A stretch of DNA of 63,823 bases from Oscillospiraceae bacterium (GCA_035353335.1 DAOPZJ010000005.1:8530-72352); one strand, 5' to 3'; shown: positions 9,661-18,044, counted from the stretch's first letter. Notes: generated by a model from the letters alone, not told the origin. Made by a program: numbers and translations.

Positions 9661-11574
9661 ATGGCTAATCTGAGTTTGAAGCACGTCTACAAGGTCTACC
9701 CCAACGGCACCAAAGCCGTCAGCGATTTCACGATGGAGATCGGCGATAAAGAATTCATCGTCTTCGTCGGGCCCTCGGGCTGCGGAAAATCGACGACGCT
9801 GCGCATGATCGCCGGGCTGGAGGACATCACCGCGGGGGAGGTCAGCATCGGCGACCTCATCGTCAACGACGTCGAACCCAAAGACCGGGACATCGCGATG
9901 GTCTTCCAGAATTACGCGCTCTATCCGCATATGAGCGTCTATGAAAATATGGCGTTCGGGCTTAAACTTCGCAATCTGTCGAACGAGGAGATCCACAAGC
10001 GCGTGCTCGAGACCGCCGAGGTTTTGGGCATCACCGATTATCTCGACCGCAAGCCGCGCGCCATGTCGGGCGGCCAGCGCCAGCGCGTCGCGCTCGGGCG
10101 GGCCATCGTGCGCAACCCGAAGGTGTTTCTGCTCGACGAGCCGCTTTCCAACCTCGACGCCAAACTGCGCACCCAGATGCGCAGCGAGATCAGCAAACTG
10201 CATCAAAAACTCGGAACGACCTTTATCTACGTCACCCACGACCAGACCGAAGCCATGACACTGGGCACCCGCATCGTGGTCATGAAGGACGGCTATATCC
10301 AGCAGATCGACACGCCGAGAAACCTCTATAATTATCCCGACAACAAGTTCGTCGCGGGCTTCATCGGCACGCCGCAGATGAACTTTTACGACGCCGCGCT
10401 CAACCGCAGGGGCGATACGGTCGAGATCTGCTTTTTGAATACCGACGATAAACTCAAAGTGCCGTATGAAAACTTTTTGAAAGTCAAACCCGAATACTTA
10501 AGCGGCAAAAAGGAGATCATTCTCGGCATCCGTGCGGAAAAGGTCATCTGCGACCCCGATTACATCAAAAAGCACCCGGAGGCGGTCGTCAGCTGCACGG
10601 TCTCGCACACCGAGGAACTCGGCGACGAGACGCTTGTTTACGGCGACCTCGCCGGAAAAACCGACGTCGTCGCCGACACCAAGACGAGCGTCGTCTTCAA
10701 GGTGGATTCGGAGCGGGGTTCCGAAATCAACGCCGGAGACGTCGTCAAACTGGCGTTCGCGTTCCATTCGCTGCACTTCTTTGACAAGGAGACCGACAAG
10801 TCCGTCAGCCCGCGCGTCCCGGAGGTCAACGCCTTCGACGGCACCGTCGAAAACAACGTCCTCAAAATCAGCGGGCTGGAGTTCCGGCTGCCGAAAGCGC
10901 TTGAAACCGCCGACGGCGCCGTCTCGGCCGAGATACCGACCGAATCGTTCACGTTCACCGGAGATCAGAAAGCCGCCTGCATAGAGCGGGAAACCATTCT
11001 CGGAAATAATCTCTTGCACCTCGAAAGCGGCGGGCGCGTTTTCTTCGCGAAGACCGACAGCGACGTCAAACCCGGTGAATTGAAGATCGGACTCGATATG
11101 AAACGCATTTCGATTCTGAAAGACGGCAAAATCCTGCACAAGCCGCTCGAATTGAAAAACGTCCTCTACGGCTCCGTCAACCGGAAAGTGGTCAAAAAAA
11201 CGGTCGAAGAAAACGGAAAGACCCGGAAAAAGAAATCCGTCGAGTTCTCGCTTGCCGTCGCGAACGGGGAATATCAGGTCCCCGATGAGATGTTAAAACG
11301 CCTGGTCACGGGCGGCGGCATGGGCGTGTTCAAAAAGAAACTGCGCTTCGAGTTCTCGCCGTACGCGGTCAGGGCGGGGAAGGCCGAAGGCCCGATCACC
11401 GGCAGCGTCGAAAAGACGCTCGACTACGGCACCGAGCGGTTCGCAGTGGTCAAAGTCGGCGACGCTTCCGTCACCGCCAAAACCGACGCCGAACTTTCCG
11501 GCGACGTTCGTCTCGGCATCGATCTCAATTCGCTGGTCGTCATCGACGACAAGATCGACATGATCATCGCGTAA
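9661..11574 (+). CDS. MalK/MsmX-type sugar ABC ATPase with an unusually long C-terminal extension (637 aa)
   Basis: Walker [10 protein letters not shown], signature LSGGQRQRV, Walker [12 protein letters not shown] and H-loop VTHDQ are present. After the normal regulatory domain at about 370 aa, roughly 270 further residues follow, with two more OB/TOBE-like segments. Confidence 0.9.
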   Translation: MANLSLKHVYKVYPNGTKAVSDFTMEIGDKEFIVFVGPSGCGKSTTLRMIAGLEDITAGEVSIGDLIVNDVEPKDRDIAMVFQNYALYPHMSVYENMAFGLKLRNLSNEEIHKRVLETAEVLGITDYLDRKPRAMSGGQRQRVALGRAIVRNPKVFLLDEPLSNLDAKLRTQMRSEISKLHQKLGTTFIYVTHDQTEAMTLGTRIVVMKDGYIQQIDTPRNLYNYPDNKFVAGFIGTPQMNFYDAALNRRGDTVEICFLNTDDKLKVPYENFLKVKPEYLSGKKEIILGIRAEKVICDPDYIKKHPEAVVSCTVSHTEELGDETLVYGDLAGKTDVVADTKTSVVFKVDSERGSEINAGDVVKLAFAFHSLHFFDKETDKSVSPRVPEVNAFDGTVENNVLKISGLEFRLPKALETADGAVSAEIPTESFTFTGDQKAACIERETILGNNLLHLESGGRVFFAKTDSDVKPGELKIGLDMKRISILKDGKILHKPLELKNVLYGSVNRKVVKKTVEENGKTRKKKSVEFSLAVANGEYQVPDEMLKRLVTGGGMGVFKKKLRFEFSPYAVRAGKAEGPITGSVEKTLDYGTERFAVVKVGDASVTAKTDAELSGDVRLGIDLNSLVVIDDKIDMIIA

Positions 11575-11637
11575 CCGGCATGAGGCGGCTTCGTACGCGT
11601 CATAAAATCTGCGAGCCATATGCACCATATCATATAT

Positions 11638-11674
11638 AAAACCCGTCACCCTGTTTTCATGGGTGACGGGTTTT
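11638..11674. terminator. Bidirectional terminator between convergent genes
   Basis: AAAACCCGTCACCC, a loop, then GGGTGACGGGTTTT. Confidence 0.7.
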
Positions 11675-11701
11675 AACTGTTATGTTGGGTTCTTTTTGAT
11701 T

Positions 11702-12661
11702 TCAATATGCCCCGTTCTTGATGCAGCAGTCAACGAAATAATCCGTGGTTTCGGGCGTGATATCCAGCGCCTGCATATCGGGATAGATCTCATACAGCAA
11801 ACCGCCGTTGAAACAGCCCAGCTTTTCTTTCAGCGCAAGGACTTCTTTTAATATTTTTTCTTTGTCACCGGTCGGAAGCGTGCGCTGCAAATCCGCGGTC
11901 GTGGAAAAGCAAATCCTCCCGCCCGCGTTCTTTGAAAGCCAGTCGACGTCGTACACCGTCGGCTGGTGCAGCTCGATGACGTCAATGCCGCATTCGATCA
12001 GATCGTTGATGATCGCGTTGTTCTTGCCGCAGGAATGCATATAAGTAACCAGCCCGTGGGCTTTGGCCGTTTGAAACATCTTTGCGTACCAGGGCTTAAA
12101 GACCTCGCGCCACACTTCCGGCGAGACCATCAGACGATCCTGCAGACCCCAGTCGTCGCCGCCCCAGACGGCGTCAACGCCGCATTCGGCGTATGCTTTG
12201 ATCATTTCGCACTGGAAATCCACGATCTTGTCGCCGAGAGACAGAATCGCCTCACGCTCGTTATAAAGATAGTCAAAAAGATTCTCCATGCCGACCAGAT
12301 AATGCATCCGCTCGAAAAAATAACTCGCCATTGCGCCGAAGACAAACAGATCCTGTTTCTTCAGCTCATCGACGCGCTCTTTGAGGCCTTCAAACCGCAA
12401 CTCAATCGCAAGCGGCGGGGCTTTAAAATCACGGATGGCCTGAAGGGACTTTAACGGGTGGTCCAGGACCTGCCCGATGGTCTTGTCGCCCTCAAGCTTG
12501 CTGAACCGATAAAGCCATTCGTTGGGCTCAACGGCTTTGTAATTGACGCACATGCAGTCGCCCATGCTCTTATACGGCTCGCCGCAGTACCCCGTGTTCA
12601 GCGGCACCCACTCGGGACCTTTGAATTGGATTGCCCGGTAGAAATTTTCCCGTCTCGTCAT
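11702..12661 (-). CDS. Uroporphyrinogen-decarboxylase (URO-D) family protein, MtaA/CmuA-like methyltransferase type
   Basis: The length and motifs are typical of the URO-D-fold family: GGDDWG, MHSCG (Zn-ligand-like H-x-C) and a TIM-barrel pattern. Confidence 0.6.
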   Translation of the reverse strand: MTRRENFYRAIQFKGPEWVPLNTGYCGEPYKSMGDCMCVNYKAVEPNEWLYRFSKLEGDKTIGQVLDHPLKSLQAIRDFKAPPLAIELRFEGLKERVDELKKQDLFVFGAMASYFFERMHYLVGMENLFDYLYNEREAILSLGDKIVDFQCEMIKAYAECGVDAVWGGDDWGLQDRLMVSPEVWREVFKPWYAKMFQTAKAHGLVTYMHSCGKNNAIINDLIECGIDVIELHQPTVYDVDWLSKNAGGRICFSTTADLQRTLPTGDKEKILKEVLALKEKLGCFNGGLLYEIYPDMQALDITPETTDYFVDCCIKNGAY

Positions 12662-12763
12662 CTTTTGTTTCCTCCCGGAAAATGATATGGATCATAAAAG
12701 GCAAATATGGAATACGTTCATTATACAAAAAATTTTTCCCGTTGTAAATCAGGATTTTATATT

Positions 12764-12787
12764 TAAAAAAAACGCCTTGCGGCGTTC
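12764..12787 (-). terminator. Terminator of the four-helix-bundle gene
   Basis: On the minus strand, AACGCC-GCAA-GGCGTT is followed by TTTTTTTT. Confidence 0.6.
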
Positions 12788-12897
12788 CGGTATTTTAGGG
12801 TATATCGATTGACTTCTGACATCCGGGCGCGACTCCGAGGCACACACCCAAACTCATGCCATATTGCCGTTTGTCTCTTCTCCCTGATATATATATA

Positions 12898-13272
12898 CTA
12901 TTCATTGTTATTCTCTTTTGCGGTATTGATGGAGGAGATGAGCATAACCCTGATAGTTGCACACGTTGAATCCAACTGTTTAAACTCCGGTTCATCGATA
13001 TACCCGGTTTTATGTAATAATTCGAGCCAGTATCCGGTCTCGTTTGCTTCTTTCAGTGCGATTTGCAATTTTGCGATAAAATCGGATTTGCTGTGAGCAT
13101 ACTGTGCTTCCCGGATATTCGCTCCGATTGATGTACCGATTCTGCCGAGTTGAGTTGAGATTATGGTTTCATGGTTTTCTTTCAACCGTTTGATCAGGTT
13201 GATGATGATAACGGCAAAAGATATCGATTGCTCGGAGAGCATATCATTACGCACATTCTCACTCCCTTCCAT
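12898..13272 (-). CDS. Four-helix-bundle protein (23S rRNA intervening-sequence protein / Avd-like, PF05635-type)
   Basis: The diagnostic central motif is GTSIGANIREAQYAHSKSDFIAKLQIALKEANETGYWLELL. The protein is 124 aa and the gene is markedly AT-rich relative to its neighbours. Confidence 0.85.
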   Translation of the reverse strand: MEGSENVRNDMLSEQSISFAVIIINLIKRLKENHETIISTQLGRIGTSIGANIREAQYAHSKSDFIAKLQIALKEANETGYWLELLHKTGYIDEPEFKQLDSTCATIRVMLISSINTAKENNNE

Positions 13273-13278
13273 GGCTAT

Positions 13279-13307
13279 ATTTTACAGCAGAGAAGGGGAT
13301 TCGTCAA
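13279..13307 (-). promoter_or_regulatory. Promoter of the four-helix-bundle gene; geometry predicts a leaderless mRNA
   Basis: On the minus strand: TTGACG (13307-13302), a 17-nt spacer, TAAAAT (13284-13279), then only 6 nt (ATAGCC) before the ATG. No SD is present. Confidence 0.5.
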
Positions 13308-13308
13308 G

Positions 13309-13496
13309 AATGAAGTGTCGGCTGCGGCCGACGTGAAGTATCTCGCTTGCGGCGAGAAATGAAGTGTTTCGCAAATTGCGATTTGCGAAACATGAAGCGA
13401 AGTGTTCCTGCTCTTATGTGTCCGCAGACACACTTCATTGCCGAAGGCAACTTCATGTCTGAAGGACTCTTCATGTTCCAACGGAACACTTCATTA
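13309..13496. repeat. Heptad/hairpin ladder: TGAAGTG-type heptads (4-5 direct, then 4 inverted) alternating with unique GC-rich mini-hairpins
   Basis: Forward heptads lie at 13311, 13334, 13360, 13393 and 13399. Reverse copies (CACTTCAT-type) lie at 13431, 13450, 13468 and 13487. Every interval holds a different short perfect hairpin. The outermost 9-mers (13309-13317 and 13487-13495) are exact reverse complements. Confidence 0.8.
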
Positions 13497-13523
13497 AAAA
13501 AACACGCTTTACGCGTGTTTTTT
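13495..13523. terminator. Bidirectional terminator hairpin
   Basis: AAAAAAACACGC-TTTAC-GCGTGTTTTTTT. Confidence 0.6.
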
Positions 13524-13697
13524 TGGAGGCACCACCGAGAGATCGACAAGTTCGATTCTCGTAGAGGTTAAAAAATCAAAAAACGCCCAATGGGCGTCTT
13601 TTGATTTTTTTGGAGGCACCACCGAGAGATCGACAAGTTCGATTCTCGTAGAGGTTAAAAAATCAAAAAACGCCCAATGGGCGTCTTTTGATTTTTT
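13524..13697 (-). repeat. Two tandem 87-bp modules, each a CCA-ended tRNA-Cys 3-prime-half mimic plus a 20-bp hairpin terminator
   Basis: The units at 13524-13610 and 13611-13697 look identical by eye. Each begins (plus strand) with TGGAGGCACCACCGAGA, identical to the last 17 nt of the adjacent tRNA-Cys including CCA. Each ends with AAAAAATCAAAAAACGCCCAATGGGCGTCTTTTGATTTTTT. Confidence 0.85.
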
Positions 13698-13772
13698 TGG
13701 AGGCACCACCGAGAATCGAACTCGGGAATAGAGGTTTTGCAGACCTCTGCCTTGCCGCTTGGCTATGGTGCC
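13698..13772 (-). tRNA. tRNA-Cys (GCA), CCA encoded
   Basis: The minus strand reads GGCACCATAGCCAAGCGGCAAGGCAGAGGTCTGCAAAACCTCTATTCCCGAGTTCGATTCTCGGTGGTGCCTCCA. It folds as a cloverleaf with anticodon loop CTGCAAA. Confidence 0.95.
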
Positions 13773-13816
13773 GGAGATGAATGCGAGGGTGTATTTGTCG
13801 ATACACCCTCGTTTTT

Positions 13817-13892
13817 TGGAGCGGATGACGAGGCTCGAACTCGCTACCTCAACCTTGGCAAGGTTGCGCTCTACCGGATGAGCTACATCCGC
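13817..13892 (-). tRNA. tRNA-Gly (GCC), CCA encoded
   Basis: GCGGATGTAGCTCATCCGGTAGAGCGCAACCTTGCCAAGGTTGAGGTAGCGAGTTCGAGCCTCGTCATCCGCTCCA, with anticodon loop TTGCCAA. Confidence 0.95.
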
Positions 13893-13982
13893 ACATTTGC
13901 GTCAGACGGAGACGCTTGGGGCAAATCTGCGCCGGCAGAAGAATTGCGGTGCAGGGAAGGTGTTGGGACAGCGCGGGGTAAG

Positions 13983-14058
13983 TGGTGCCTCCGGTCGGAA
14001 TTGAACCAACGACACGGGGATTTTCAGTCCCCTGCTCTACCAACTGAGCTACAGAGGC
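13983..14058 (-). tRNA. tRNA-Phe (GAA), CCA encoded
   Basis: GCCTCTGTAGCTCAGTTGGTAGAGCAGGGGACTGAAAATCCCCGTGTCGTTGGTTCAATTCCGACCGGAGGCACCA, with anticodon loop CTGAAAA. Confidence 0.95.
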
Positions 14059-14061
14059 AAG

Positions 14062-14138
14062 TGGCGACTCGGAAGGGGGTCGAACCCTCGACCTCTAGCG
14101 TGACAGGCTAGCGTTCTAACCAACTGAACTACCGAGCC
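14062..14138 (-). tRNA. tRNA-Asp (GTC), CCA encoded
   Basis: GGCTCGGTAGTTCAGTTGGTTAGAACGCTAGCCTGTCACGCTAGAGGTCGAGGGTTCGACCCCCTTCCGAGTCGCCA, with anticodon loop CTGTCAC. Confidence 0.95.
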
Positions 14139-14141
14139 ATT

Positions 14142-14217
14142 TGGTGGGAACAACAGGGCTCGAACCTGTGACCCCCTGCTTGTAAGGCAGATGCTCTCCC
14201 AGCTGAGCTATGCTCCC
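14142..14217 (-). tRNA. tRNA-Val (TAC), CCA encoded
   Basis: GGGAGCATAGCTCAGCTGGGAGAGCATCTGCCTTACAAGCAGGGGGTCACAGGTTCGAGCCCTGTTGTTCCCACCA, with anticodon loop CTTACAA. Confidence 0.95.
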
Positions 14218-14261
14218 CCACGCGTCCCGGAGAACCTCTCTGCCAGCCGGCGACGGATAAC

Positions 14262-14291
14262 ATAATAACACAATCCGTCTTGCCTTGTCAA
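14262..14291 (-). promoter_or_regulatory. Promoter of the tRNA operon
   Basis: On the minus strand, TTGACA (14291-14286), a 17-18-nt spacer, then TTATTAT, about 45 nt upstream of tRNA-Val. Confidence 0.55.
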
Positions 14292-14325
14292 TACCAAAAA
14301 CCAATTTTTTTGATTTTTTCCGGGT

Positions 14326-15993
14326 TTAAAATAATCCGCTGATGAGGCCGTTCCCATCGATGTCAATGGCGTTTGCCGCGGGCGTTTTGGGCAATCCCGG
14401 CATCGTCATGATATCGCCGGTGAGCGCGACGACAAAGCCCGCGCCGGCGCAGAGGCGAAGGTCGCGGACGGTCAGTTTGAAGTTTTTCGGCCTGCCGAGT
14501 TTCTTGGGGTCGTCGCTCAGAGAGTATTGGGTTTTGGCGACGCAGACGGGTGAGGCGCCGAAGCCGAGAGCACGGATTTCTTCGAGCCGCCTGAACGCCG
14601 AATCCTCGTAGGTCACTTCGTCCGCGCCGTAAATTTCCCGGGCAATGCGCCCGATCTTTTCGGTGACCGTCATCTCGTCGGCGCAGAGCGGTTTGAAGTC
14701 TCCGCCCCGATCGGCAGCCGCAGCAACCTTTTCGGCAAGCAGCGCAGCGCCTTTTCCGCCCTCGAAAAAACCGTCGCTGACCGCGCAGTCGGCTCCGTTT
14801 TGTTCCGCGATCCGGACAACGGCGGCGATCTCGGCAGGCGTGTCGGTCGGGAAGCGATTGACCGCGACCACGACCGGGAGGCCGTATTTTTTGAGATTCG
14901 CGATGTGTGCCGCAAGGTTTACGCCGCCTTGTTCCGTCGCTTCAACGTTTTCGATGCAGAGTTCGGCTTTGGCAATGCCCGCGTTATGCTTGAGCGCGCG
15001 CACCGTGGCGACCAGAACGGCCGCGGACGGCGTCAGACCGGCGGCGCGGCATTTGATGTCAAAGAATTTCTGAGCGCCCAGATCGGCTCCGAAGCCGGCC
15101 TCGGTGATGCAGTAGTCGGCCAGTTTGAGCCCGAGTTTGGTGGCGCGCGCCGAGTTGCAGCCGTGGGCGATGTTGGCGAACGGGCCGCCGTGCATCAGGC
15201 AGGGCGTGCCCTCGAGGGTCTGGACGAGATTCGGGTTGACCGCGTCTTTGAGCAGCGCGGCCATTGCGCCCTGCGCGTTCAGCTGGCGGCAGAACACGGC
15301 GTTTGAGTCGAGGTCGTAGCCGACCAAAATATCCCCGAGCCGTTTTTTGAGATCGTCGATATCGGCGCAGAGACAGAGCACCGCCATCACTTCGGAGGCG
15401 GCGGTGATGTTGAAGCCGTCGGAGCGCATAAAGCCGTTGGCTTTGCCGCCGATGCCGACGATGATCTCGCGCAGCGCGCGGTCGTTCATGTCCATGCAGC
15501 GGCGGAAGGAAATACGCCTTGAATCAAGCCGCAAAGCGTTCCCGTGGTTGATGTGGTTGTCGATCAGCGCGCACAGCAGGTTGTTCGCCGCCGTGACCGC
15601 GTGGATATCGCCTGTAAAATGGAGGTTGATGTCCTCCATCGGAATCACCTGTGAATACCCGCCGCCGGCGGCACCGCCCTTGATGCCGAATACCGGCCCG
15701 AGTGACGGTTCACGCAGCGCAATGACGGCGTTCTTTCCGATGTGTTTCATCGCCTGTCCAAGCGCGACGGTGGTCGTGGTCTTGCCCTCTCCCGCCGGCG
15801 TGGGGTTGATCGCGGTGACCAGAATCAATTTACCGTCGGGACGGTCCGCCGTTCGCGAAAAAGCCGATTGTGTGATTTTCGCTTTATAATTTCCGTAACA
15901 CTCAAGCTCATCGGAGAGGATACCGAGCTGCTCGGCGATTTTTGCAATCGGCAGCGGTTTGGCCGCCTGGGCGATTTCGATGTCGGAGAGCAT
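14326..15993 (-). CDS. fhs: Formate--tetrahydrofolate ligase
   Basis: Full-length FTHFS with N-terminal MLSDIEIAQAAKPLPI, the P-loop region PTPAGEGKTTTTVAL and GGAAGGGYSQV. Confidence 0.97.
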   Translation of the reverse strand: MLSDIEIAQAAKPLPIAKIAEQLGILSDELECYGNYKAKITQSAFSRTADRPDGKLILVTAINPTPAGEGKTTTTVALGQAMKHIGKNAVIALREPSLGPVFGIKGGAAGGGYSQVIPMEDINLHFTGDIHAVTAANNLLCALIDNHINHGNALRLDSRRISFRRCMDMNDRALREIIVGIGGKANGFMRSDGFNITAASEVMAVLCLCADIDDLKKRLGDILVGYDLDSNAVFCRQLNAQGAMAALLKDAVNPNLVQTLEGTPCLMHGGPFANIAHGCNSARATKLGLKLADYCITEAGFGADLGAQKFFDIKCRAAGLTPSAAVLVATVRALKHNAGIAKAELCIENVEATEQGGVNLAAHIANLKKYGLPVVVAVNRFPTDTPAEIAAVVRIAEQNGADCAVSDGFFEGGKGAALLAEKVAAAADRGGDFKPLCADEMTVTEKIGRIAREIYGADEVTYEDSAFRRLEEIRALGFGASPVCVAKTQYSLSDDPKKLGRPKNFKLTVRDLRLCAGAGFVVALTGDIMTMPGLPKTPAANAIDIDGNGLISGLF

Positions 15994-16002
15994 TTGTGTA
16001 CC

Positions 16003-17877
16003 TCAAATCTTCGTAAATTTGTAATCGACCGCGAAAGTGGTCTCAACCGCGCTGCGGCGGGCCATGATCCCGTAACGGAAGTGATTTCCGGTCTGGGCAT
16101 ATCCCCTGAACACATAAAACTTGGTGCCTTTTTCGCCTTTGAGCGTGATGTCGACCCGTTTGTCGGGCAGCCGATAGGCAAATTTGATATCGCCGTCGCT
16201 CTCATAACATTTGACTTCCTGAAGTGTATCATAGAGCTTCTCGGTGAACGGCGGCACTTCCTTGGCTTCAAAATCGAATTCCGGTTCGCCGATGCAGTGG
16301 AAGAGATAATCATAGGTATGCGTATTGCCGGTTTTGTCGGCGCAGGTGAAGCTGTCGTGCAGCGTATTGTTCTCGAGTTTTAAATCGCGGATATAATCGA
16401 CGCCCGGGAAAGCGTCTTCGCTGAGTGCTTTGATGCGCGCTTTTTCCTTGTCGTATTCGAGCAGTTTGCCTTTGCCCTTTTTCGGGATATTGACCATATC
16501 GGTCGCGACGGTGCAGTGGGAAAGCGTCCCCTGCTGCCAGTTAAACAGGAAGGAACCGTAGCCGTTGGTCGAGAGGTCATAGCTGACCGATTCGCCGAAC
16601 GCCGAGATCTCGATGTTCATGATGTCAAAATGCGAGTGCGAGGCGATGATCAGGCCGTATTTAAAGAAGACCTCCAGTTCCCGATCCCGCAGCATCGCGA
16701 AGTTCGTATCTTCCCAGAGCCGGGTCTCGGGTTTTTCGCGGGGGTATTTGTCGTAGTCCGCCGGGTCGATTCCGAATAAGAGCCGCGAAAGATCACCGCC
16801 GCGCGCCGGATTCGCGGCGCCGTTGTGGTCGAGCAGCGGGGAACGGTTGTCATACATCATCGTCGCGGCCCATTTGATCATCGGATGATTGAAACTGGCC
16901 GCTGCGGTGTCATACTGCCCGCCGAAGCAGGCCAGCGAGATGAACGGCCAGCCGTCGTTGGGGTTTGGGAGCATGCAGTTTGAAAAAGCCATCTGCGCGG
17001 GCATGACGTACATCTTTTCAATGATGCCGGCGAGCTTGTCGATGCAGTCGGCTTTGTAGCCCGACGCTTTTGCGAAATAGATCAGTTCGGTCATCGGGGC
17101 GATGCAGTAAAAATGATAATGCACCGAGCCTTCGTACCAGAAATAGTCCTTCGTAATGCCCAAAGCGACCTGGTTGATGAGTCCGAATTCGCTCTCAAAG
17201 GCGTATTCGATCAGATCGGGCTGCTTGTAAAAAATGCCGACGGCCGCGATGGCGCAGAGATCCCAGACGGGAATGTTGTTGATGTAATAACAAAACGGTT
17301 TGAGAAAACGCCCCTGCGGAATGAAGAATTTTTCGCCGAGTTCGGTCACAAAGCCCTCGTCGAGCGAATCTGAAAGAATCATCATCGCGGTCAGAAGGGA
17401 GATCACGTCGCCGTCGTCGGTGAGGTGCTGCCCCGAGATGCGCCCGAGATACATCGGATGCACGACCCAGACCCGCAATTTTTGATAATTCTCGAGATAA
17501 AAATTCAAAACGGTCCTGACGTATTCGAGATATTTGGAATCGCCGGTCAGTTTGTATAAAATCGCGGCCTTTTTGGCGTTCCCGTTGACGCTGTTGCGGT
17601 AAGTGCCGTTCCAGGCGTCGTTTGCGCGCCAGCCCATATTGATGTGCCCGCAGGCGGGGCAGGGCTGTCCCATCGGGACGTCCTTATCGAATTTCAAACC
17701 GGTTCCGCACTTTTCGCAGACGTAATTATGTCCCCAGCCGCAGCGGCGGTTTACGTCGTCGAAATAGGTCGCGATGAACGCGTCAACACCGGCCTTCATT
17801 TTATCATAGAGCTTTTCCGCCCAGTCGTATTGCTCAATTTTCAGTTTCAGCGCCGAGAAATCGTCGATGTATGCCAT
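16003..17877 (-). CDS. Heparinase II/III-like (alginate-lyase-fold) protein with an inserted Cys4 zinc-ribbon
   Basis: ASHSHFDIMNIEISAFGE resembles the Hepar_II_III H-x-H-x-D motif. The N-terminal alpha/alpha-toroid-like region contains CEKCG...CPACGH. The start was set at MAYIDDF after GGAGG. The gene ends 9 nt before fhs. Confidence 0.6.
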   Translation of the reverse strand: MAYIDDFSALKLKIEQYDWAEKLYDKMKAGVDAFIATYFDDVNRRCGWGHNYVCEKCGTGLKFDKDVPMGQPCPACGHINMGWRANDAWNGTYRNSVNGNAKKAAILYKLTGDSKYLEYVRTVLNFYLENYQKLRVWVVHPMYLGRISGQHLTDDGDVISLLTAMMILSDSLDEGFVTELGEKFFIPQGRFLKPFCYYINNIPVWDLCAIAAVGIFYKQPDLIEYAFESEFGLINQVALGITKDYFWYEGSVHYHFYCIAPMTELIYFAKASGYKADCIDKLAGIIEKMYVMPAQMAFSNCMLPNPNDGWPFISLACFGGQYDTAAASFNHPMIKWAATMMYDNRSPLLDHNGAANPARGGDLSRLLFGIDPADYDKYPREKPETRLWEDTNFAMLRDRELEVFFKYGLIIASHSHFDIMNIEISAFGESVSYDLSTNGYGSFLFNWQQGTLSHCTVATDMVNIPKKGKGKLLEYDKEKARIKALSEDAFPGVDYIRDLKLENNTLHDSFTCADKTGNTHTYDYLFHCIGEPEFDFEAKEVPPFTEKLYDTLQEVKCYESDGDIKFAYRLPDKRVDITLKGEKGTKFYVFRGYAQTGNHFRYGIMARRSAVETTFAVDYKFTKI

Positions 17878-18044
17878 GGTATCGCCTCCGATGGAAAAAA
17901 TCAGAATTGTGTTTATTTTATCATGATAAACCCCAAAAATCAACCGCAATTGACATAATAAAACGATTTCAAGCGTTTTCACTCACTTGAAATGGAGCAA
18001 ACGCGGCGCTATAATGAATTGTATCCTTTTTCAGGGAGACTGAC

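Noticed and set aside
13275-13549. ORFs of 68 and 81 aa across the heptad ladder, one containing in-frame MKSPSD-MKLPSA-MKCV repeats that hint at a repeated peptide precursor.
   Set aside because: The periodic MK comes from the ATGAAG heptads spaced 18 nt apart. The first heptad is out of frame, there is no SD, and the region is better explained as nucleic-acid structure upstream of a promoter.
12690-13700. Diversity-generating retroelement, considered because the four-helix-bundle protein is Avd-like.
   Set aside because: No reverse-transcriptase ORF, template/variable repeat pair or target gene is visible within the window. It is kept only as an orphan Avd-like gene.
13509-13709. 66-aa ORF with an internally repeated peptide (VPPKKSKDAHWAFFDFLTSTRIELVDLS twice).
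   Set aside because: The repetition is simply the translation of the 87-bp tRNA-Cys-fragment/terminator tandem repeat. The frame runs through terminator hairpins and has no SD.
13524-13772. Possible CRISPR array (regularly spaced repeats).
   Set aside because: There are only two full units plus the tRNA. The units are contiguous with no unique spacers, the repeat is tRNA-derived, and there are no cas genes in the window.
13737-14304. ORFs 13737-14111 (+), 13849-14043 (-) and 14116-14304 (-).
   Set aside because: They are read straight through five tRNA genes.
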